Positions 60,855 through 64,000 of a DNA stretch of 64,000 bases are shown in pieces. Where the stretch lies: assembly GCF_009914755.1 (NCBI RefSeq), contig NC_060936.1, one strand, 5' to 3'. Under the pieces are notes generated by a model. It saw only the letters and a list, made by a program, of their open reading frames with translations, was not told the DNA's origin and did no database searches. A program made the position numbers and the translations under genes. The stretch is from the human T2T-CHM13v2.0 reference genome, Homo sapiens. Positions within the stretch are counted from its first letter, which is position 1. Each line of letters starts with the position of its first letter.

Positions 60855-61510
60855 GTGAGACAATGTTTTGCATGATGCATCCTTTATAAGAAATAACAAT
60901 TTGCTACAATTAGCAAGATTCATATTAAACGATTAAAGAAGTATATGCTTTTTATTGACAAAATTGAAAATTATATAGGGAAAATCTTTCTTTCTTTCTC
61001 CCTCCCTCCTTTCCTCCCTTCCTCCCTCTTTCTCTTTCCCTTTCTTTTTTCCTTCCTTCATATACATGTTAGCATTTCCTTTATGAACAAAGAGGAAGAA
61101 GAGAGAAATGTCCTCAGAGGGGAAATATGTTCAGTGATCTGTATTTAATTCACTCGTGTATATTATGAACCAGCTACTATTTTAATTTCATATTCTGTAT
61201 TTGAAATTCCTAATCACACTTTGTTTCACTCCATCTGCTTTGCCCTTCCCCTAAAGCTTTATTTTCCTTTACTAAGAGTCACCTTTTATAATTTACTGAG
61301 AACTCACAGCTTTAATTTCAAGATGATTACTCTCTACTTCTCTGATGACAAGAGTTAAGAGACGCTGATGTAATCGCAAAGGAGAGGAATTCCACCTACC
61401 TGCAGGAGTTGGCCCAGCAATTCTCAGAAGGTAGGAACCAGAAGGGGCAGCCTCTGAGAACTCCACCTTCAGGGCACTGGCACAGATCCTGACACTGGGG
61501 AGGGTCAGTG

Positions 61511-62061
61511 TGTTACAGGAAAGGGGTCCTGATCCAGACCCCCAGAGAGGGTTCCTGGATCTCGCACAGGAAAGAATTCAGGGAGAGTCCATAGAGAAAA
61601 GTGAAAGCAATTTTATCAGGAAAGAAAAGGAACAAAAGAATGGCCACTCTGCAGACAGAGGAGCCCTGAGGGCTGCTAAATGCCCATTTTTATGGTATTT
61701 CTTGATGATATGTTAAACAAGAGTTGGATTATTCATGCCTCCCCTTTTTAGACCATATAGGGTAACATCCTGACGTTGCCATGGCATTTGTAAACTATCA
61801 TGGCGCTGGTGGGAGTGTAGCAGTGAGGACAACCGGAGGTCATGCTCATCGCCATCTTGGTTTTGGTGGGTTTCCGCTGGCCTCTTTACTGCAACCTGTT
61901 TCATCAGCAAAGTGTGTGACCTGTATCTTGTGACGACCTCCTATCTCATCCTGTGACTTAGAATGGCTTAGCCTCCTGGGAATGCAGCCTAGTAGGTCTC
62001 AGCCTCATTTTACCCAGTTCCTGTTTAAGATGGAGTTGCTCAGGTTCAAATGTCTTTGACA
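61511..62061 (-). mobile_element. MER41A solo LTR
   Basis: TGTTACAGGAAAGGGGTCCTGATCCAGACCCC..GGATTATTCATGCCTCCCCTTTTTAGACC (no GAS segment)..GATGGAGTTGCTC..TGACA; TSD AGTG/AATG. Confidence 0.92.
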
Positions 62062-62828
62062 AATGCACTCCCCACGTGGATGCTCAGAGTCTCATGGAGA
62101 GAGTTCTCAGCCCTGTTCACTCTTCTAGGTTTTTGGAGTGGTACAAAATGATATAGAAAATTAGGTGGTATTTTACAATCTGCAGTACAGTGAAGGGGAA
62201 ACTGTTCTACTCTTTACCTGCATTAAGTTTATAATTTAATAGCACCTTTCTGAATTTCAACTTTGGTATTTAACTCAACCAGGCTGAAAAGTTTCTTCCA
62301 AAGCTTCCAAATAGTACATTAATAGTCCTGGTTTTAGAAAGCTGTTTAGCGACTTCAAATTCTGGATAGCATCTCTCCGCACAGCTCTGAATAAAGTTAC
62401 CAATGCCTCCTTATTGGAAATCTATTTCTGTAAATGAGACCTTCAGTGACCAAAATCAATTTTTTCATTTTGAGGTATGCTCTGAGAAGACATTAGACCT
62501 GTTGTGCCACCCTTCCAAATGCATGCCCTCTGGGCCCTGGTGAGCTTCAGGAACATCAGGAATGACCTTTGGTGTCAAGAACTGATGACTGGATTAACCC
62601 TTCTTGGTGTGGTGCTTTTTATCCTTGCAGTTATGTCTCCTAAAATCTATCCTACAAATGAACTTGAGGTCATGGGTTAGTTCTGCTCACCCCTTCTCTG
62701 GATCTTATTTCTGATTTACTGAGTATCCCCTACTGAACTGGTGACTCCTGCTCAATATCTTCATACATCTGAGTCACTGACCACATCAGATGGAGGAGAT
62801 AGAAATCCTGGGCTAAACAACAAACAAC

Positions 62829-63127
62829 TCGTTGTTGTTGAGACAGGGTCTTGCTCTGTTGCCCAGGCTGGAGTGCAGTGGTGCAATCATGATTCACTTC
62901 AGCCTCTATCTCCCTGGCTTAAGGAATCCTCCTGCCTCAGCCTCCTGAATAGCTGGGACTGAAGGCACACACCACCATGCCTGGCTATATTTTTTCTTTT
63001 ATTTTTTGGTAGAGATGGGGTCTTCCTATGTTACCTAGGCTGGTCTTGAACTCCTGGGCTCAAGGGATCTTCCTACCTCAGCCTTCCAAAGTGCTGAGAA
63101 TACAGGTGTGAGACACTGAGACTGGCC
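62829..63127 (-). mobile_element. AluJ
   Basis: GAGACAGGGTCTTGCTCTG..GAACTCCTGGGCTCAAG. Confidence 0.9.
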
Positions 63128-63136
63128 CTGAATAAC

Positions 63137-63341
63137 TTTTTTTTTTTTTTTTGAGACTGAGTCTCACTCTGTTGCCCATGCTGGAGTGCAATGGCACGAT
63201 CTTGGCTCACTGCAACCTCCGCCTCCTGGATTCAAGCAATTCCCTGCCTCAGCCTCCTGAATAGCTGGGATTACAGGTACCCACCACCACACCTGGCTAA
63301 TTTTTGTATTTTAGTAGATATAGGGTTTCACCATCTTGGCC
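63137..63341 (-). mobile_element. 5'-truncated AluS
   Basis: Reverse Alu ending at CCATCTTGGCC; TSD CTGAATAACTT. Confidence 0.9.
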
Positions 63342-63466
63342 TGAATAACTTCTATATGTAATGCTTGGCAACAAATTAAGCAAAACAGATATCAGATCAC
63401 AGCTCAGAAAAGTCATGCATCTGACGTTGTTAACAACATGTGATTCTAATATACATCAAAAATGGA

Positions 63467-64000
63467 TGTTACTGGAAAGGTCCTGATCCAGTACCCAAGA
63501 GAAGGTTCTTGGATCTCGCGCAAGAAAGAATTCGGGGTGAGTCCATAGAGTAAAGCGAAAGCAAGTTTCCTAGGAAAGTAAATAAATGAAAAATGGCTAT
63601 TTCAGAGACAGAGCAGCCCCAGGGGCTGCTGGTTGCCTCTTTTTAATGGTTATTTCTTGATTACATGCTAAACAAGGAGTGGATTATTCATGAATTTTCC
63701 CGAGAAAGGGGTAGGCAATTTCTGGAACTGAGAGTTCCTCACCTTTTTATTCCATATAGGGTCACTTCCTGATGTTGCCATTGCATTTGTAAACTGTCAT
63801 AGCTCAGGTGGGAGTGTCTTTTAGCATGCTAATGCATTCTAATTAGCATATAATGAGTAGTGAGGACCACCAGAGCTCACCCTTGTTGCTATCTTGGTTT
63901 TGGTGGGATTTGACTGGCTTCTTTACAGCATCCTTTTATCAGCAAAGTCTTTGTGACCTGTATCTTGTGCCGACCTGTGATCTCATCCTGTGACTTAGAA
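63467..64000 (-). mobile_element. MER41B LTR (runs off window end)
   Basis: Homologous to 61511-61965 but with the extra segments GAATTTTCCCGAGAAAGGGGTAGGCAATTTCTGGAACTGAGAGTT and TTTTAGCATGCTAATGCATTCTAATTAGCATATAATG. Confidence 0.92.

Noticed and set aside
61511-64000. Two MER41 LTRs as the ends of one provirus
   Set aside because: Different subfamilies with large diagnostic indels, the first has its own TSD, and I recognise no internal ERV sequence between them.

Overview
Human genomic DNA (an AluYb8/9-type element is present), repeat-rich and intergenic in character, with no intact multi-exon protein-coding gene. Repeats include Alu, L1, L2/MIR, MaLR (THE1, MST, MLT1), MLT2, ERV1 LTRs (MER39, MER4, MER49, MER41A/B), MER21, a HERV-K14-type LTR14 solo LTR, MER20 and several tandem repeats. 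The only gene-derived sequence I recognise is a copy of the last coding part of TMEM132B (~22730-23790), plus a second short copy of part of it (~24570-24735). The 5' half of the long copy is broken by stops and frameshifts. The 3' half is open, CpG-rich and joined to a new strong-Kozak ATG, giving a 199-aa ORF (transmembrane helix plus cytoplasmic tail with KRKRVKF). Other notable structures: a ~270-bp unique-sequence duplication (27.2 kb and 38.9 kb) abutting an internally deleted L1; splice and polyA signals suggesting a + strand lncRNA from ~27.2 kb to a MER49 polyA site at ~44.27 kb; a twin-primed L1 inside that LTR; a 32-bp Alu-templated insert between 18-bp repeats; and a MER41A/MER41B pair. 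Repeat subfamily names and the TMEM132B comparison come from memory of consensus and protein sequences, not from a search. A location near the chr12q24.3 TMEM132 cluster is an unverified guess. No new biological system is demonstrated; the TMEM132B-derived ORF is the best candidate for follow-up.
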